This document shows positions 60,676 through 64,000 of a stretch of 64,000 nt of DNA, piece after piece. The notes beneath the pieces were generated by a model. The model ran no database searches. It saw nothing but the letters and a program-made list of their open reading frames with translations, and was not told the DNA's origin. Origin of the DNA: Stegostoma tigrinum (taxonomy: Eukaryota); NCBI RefSeq assembly GCF_030684315.1, contig NC_081400.1, positions 3,651,795 to 3,715,794 on the forward strand, read 5' to 3'. Made by a program: the position numbers and the translations under genes. Numbering within the stretch: position 1 is the first letter of the stretch; every line of letters starts with the position of its first letter.

Positions 60676-61927
60676 TTCTGAAGGGGAGAAAGAAGGGAAC
60701 GGGGGGGGCCAAACTGGGCGATCGGCCGTGATAGTATCAAAGAGCAGAGCAGGTATGAGAGGCCAAGTGGCCTGTTCCTGCTTCTATTTATGTAGCTCTG
60801 ATGTAGAACTACATCCAGCAGGCCTTTCACCTGGTTTCTCCATAAAATTAAAATTCCTTACAGGGTAGGACTCCGAATAAAATCCGTCAGTGAGATTTCA
60901 CAACTTGGATCATCAGGGCTTCTGATTTCTTTGCTCCTCAATCCTTTATAAGAGCTCAGAGAGAGATATGGACCAAATGCGGGCAAATGGGACTTTAGGA
61001 TATCTGGTCAGCACAGATGAGTTGGGCCAAAGGGTCTGCTTCTGTGCAGTTTAACTCTCAGCCAAATTCTGTCTTCCTCCTCGCAGGCCAGGAATGGGAT
61101 GGAATACCGCCCCCCCCCCACCCCCTACTTGCCCTGGTTGGGGGCAGCTCCGACAACACTCGAGAAGCTCGACACCATCCAGGACAAAGCAGACCCCGCT
61201 TGATTGGCATCATGTCCTGCTCCCTCCGCCACCAACATTCAGTCGCAGTCGGGTGTGCCATCTATAAAACATACCACCGGGGATCTCCTGAGCCAGCACC
61301 TTCCAAACCCCTTGCATCTAGAAGGACAAGGGCAGCGGGTACGTGCAAACACCACACCCCTGCAAGCCACTCACAGACTTGGAAATACACAGGCCGTTCC
61401 TCATTGTCTAAACTCTGGAACTCCACCCCCCCACCCTCCCCCACCGCCCCCCGCCACCAGCAGCACTCTCCATACATTCAGGGACCGTGGCGGTTCACGA
61501 AGACAGTTGACCCACATTGTCTAGGGTGGAACGAGGGACTATTGTGGGCCCAACCCAATGAACAAATGAATCTGAGCCCCTTTCCGCACTCACCCAGGGA
61601 AAAAAACCGGCTGGCGTCTGAAAACACAGAGACAGCCCTTCAGCCCATCTGTTGTGGTGTCAACTTCCCTGAATTCAAACCCTAGCCCCCAACACCTCCA
61701 ACGAGAAAAGACTTCACAATCAGCGTTGCCCCCCCCATTCAGAAACCGGGTCAATGAAAACGGTTCGAGTCTGGGGCCCCTAACTAAGTTGGTCCCTCTG
61801 ATCTTCTGGTTTGTATAACCCATGCCCCCGTACACCCCCTGGCCCTTACCACGCCCACCAGCCTCATCCAGACACTAGGCAGTTTACCCCTCTTGCAGGA
61901 CTAAACATTTCCAAACCAAAACATTCA

Positions 61928-62180
61928 GGGCAGCACGGTGGCTCACAGCTCCAGGAACCCGACTTCCACCCTGGGGTGGCTGTCCGTGTGGAGTTTGCAC
62001 ATTCTCCCTCTGTCGGCGTGCAGATGCTCTGGTTTCCACCCACAGTCTAAAGGTGTGCAGGTTAGGGTTGGTGGGCCGTGCTAAAGTGGGTTACAGGGGG
62101 ATGGGTCTGGGTGGGATGCTCTGAGGGTCGGTGTGGACCTGTTGGGCCGAAGGGCCTGTTTCCACACTGCAGGGATTCCA
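61928..62180 (+). mobile_element. HE1-like V-SINE, degenerate
   Basis: gcagcacggtggctc..gagtttgcacattctcc..gggccgaagggcctgtttccacactg. Confidence 0.8.
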
Positions 62181-62411
62181 CGATTCAAAACATTGAACTA
62201 ATTTGTTTTCAAACCGCTGAAAGCCTGCTTTGTCGGGTCGCTCACCAACGTTGCCTTACAAGCAAAACCAGTGAACTGTCTTCAGAAGAAAGGAAACACT
62301 GAGGTGTGCCAGAGAAAAGGCAGGGTCGCAGAACTGTTCAGCTCAAAACTCAGGAAACTTATCCTGACAGCTTTCTGTTTTCAAAAGGAGTTGGGGAAGC
62401 AGAGTACTCAC

Positions 62412-62700
62412 CGATTTTTTTTGGGTGTGAGAGTCTGGTTTAGTCCAGACTGCTTAGTCCCTGGCTGTTCGAACTGTTCATGATGTTTGTTGACAGAGTG
62501 TGCGTGTGTGTGTGAAACAAATAGACAGACAGACAGTCAAAGATGAGCGAACAGCCCACTGTCTTCCCTCTCTGCTTCCTTTCCTGTGATTGTGAAACTG
62601 GAGTCAATCCCCGCCCATTGGGAGCTGGGCTGGTTGGCTGCGATGGAAAAGACAGGGGGCCCCTTGTGTTCTGCAGGATCAGCCAATTGCCTGGAAAGCA
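62412..62700 (-). promoter_or_regulatory. Candidate PAQR6 5' UTR exon and promoter
   Basis: Minus-strand donor G|GTGAGT at 62412/62411; GC box and CCAAT (ccccgcccattgg ~62609-62621) and a second CCAAT ~62683; acceptor cgcccag just upstream of the ATG exon. Confidence 0.4.
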
Positions 62701-62779
62701 CCATTTAAACTCGCAATGTCCCTGCCCTACATCATTGCCCCCAACTTCATAGAAAGTCTGTGCACGCTGTGACAAAAAC

Positions 62780-63660
62780 CCTTAAAGGGATGCTGTCCTG
62801 GCACTTTCTTGCCCCTTAAAGCAAGAGGATCTTTCACTTTGGAACACTATAGCCCACCTTACAGAAACACTGCTTTCGCACTTCCCTGCCCCTTAAAGAA
62901 ACAGGCCCATCACTTTAGAACACTTAGTATCCCTTAAAGAGACACTGCCCTCGCTCTGTTAAACATTTATGCCCCTTAGAGACAGGACCATTACTTTGGA
63001 ATGCTGTTAGCATTCTCTTAAAGGGACACTGCCCTCACACATTCCTGTCCCTTAAAGAGACAGTACCATCGCATTCGAACATACTACCAACCTTAAAGGG
63101 ACACGGTCCACACTCTGTGACACATTTATGCCCCTTAGAAACAGGGCCATTATTTTGGAACACTATACCCACCTTAAAGGGGCACTGCCCTCACACATTC
63201 CTGTCCCTTAAAGTGACAGGACCATCACTTTGGAACACTATGCCCACCTTAAAGGGACACTGCCTTCACATGCACCTGTCCCTTAAAGAGACAGTACCAT
63301 CACTTTGAAACACAATGCCCACCTTAAAGGGACACTGCCCTCACACTTTCCTGTCTCTTAAAGTGACAGGACTACTATTTTGGAATGCTGTTAGCACCTC
63401 TTAAAGGGACACTGCATTCACATGCACCTGTCCCTTAAAGAGACAGTATCATCACTTTGGAATGCTGTTAGCATCCCTTAGAGGGACACTGCCCTCATTT
63501 GTTCATGCCCCTTAAAGCAAAAGGACCATCACTTTGGAATGTTGTTAGCACCCCTTAAACAAACACTGCCCTCACATTTCCCTGCCCCTTAAAGAGACAG
63601 TGCCATCATCACCCTGACCCTTTAAGAGTGCACAATCTTTGTAACACTGCCCCTTAATTG
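62780..63660. repeat. ~77-bp minisatellite with two cc(c)ttaaag subunits
   Basis: ccttaaagggacactgccctcacacattcctgtcccttaaagagacagtaccatcactttggaa.. repeated about ten times. Confidence 0.88.
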
Positions 63661-63664
63661 GTCA

Positions 63665-64000
63665 GTCATAGAAACATAGAGCACCGAAACAGGCCCTTCA
63701 GCCCAACCCGTCCATGCCGACCAGGTTTCCTAAACTGAACGAGTACCATATGCCTGCATTTGGCCCATTACCCTCTAAAACCCTTTCCTATCCATGTACC
63801 TGTCCAAATGCCTTTTAAATATGTTTGTACCAGCCTCCAGTTCCTCCGACAGCTCGTTCCACACATGCACCACCCACTGTGCATAAACATTGCCCCTCAG
63901 GTCCCATTAATATGTCCGCCCTCTCATATTAAACCTATGCCCTCAAGTTTTGGATTTCCCCCACCCCGGGGGAGAAGACGTTGGCTATCAATTTCCCTCT
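63665..64000 (-). mobile_element. CR1 3' fragment running off the window
   Basis: catagaaacatagagcaccgaaacaggcccttcagcccaac..gctcgttccac..cctatgccctc. Confidence 0.8.

Overview
Vertebrate genomic DNA, most likely a cartilaginous fish (shark), judged from HE1/V-SINE, CR1, L2 and Penelope repeats and a GPR139-like GPCR of the type expanded in sharks. Three assembly gaps. Genes reconstructed by hand from splice sites: (1) a two-exon GPR139/142-like class A GPCR pseudogene (+, 5636-8290); (2) an intact 8-exon, 341-aa, non-rearranging antigen-receptor-like IgSF gene (+, 22938-36232) with leader, germline-joined V-J exon, C1-set exon, uncharged TM and a basic tail ending in an ITIM-like LYASL, preceded by what appears to be a heavily decayed tandem paralogue (~18190-19400); (3) PAQR6, membrane progestin receptor delta (-, 7 coding exons, 59591-47875, 341 aa), convergent with the IgSF gene. 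The rest is mostly repeats: nested CR1/L2/Rex1/RTE LINE pieces, a Gypsy LTR/gag remnant, a Penelope GIY-YIG fragment, many short Penelope-end elements carrying minimal hammerhead-ribozyme cores, a degenerate (TTAGGG)n tract and several minisatellites. All alignments were done by eye; repeat boundaries are approximate.
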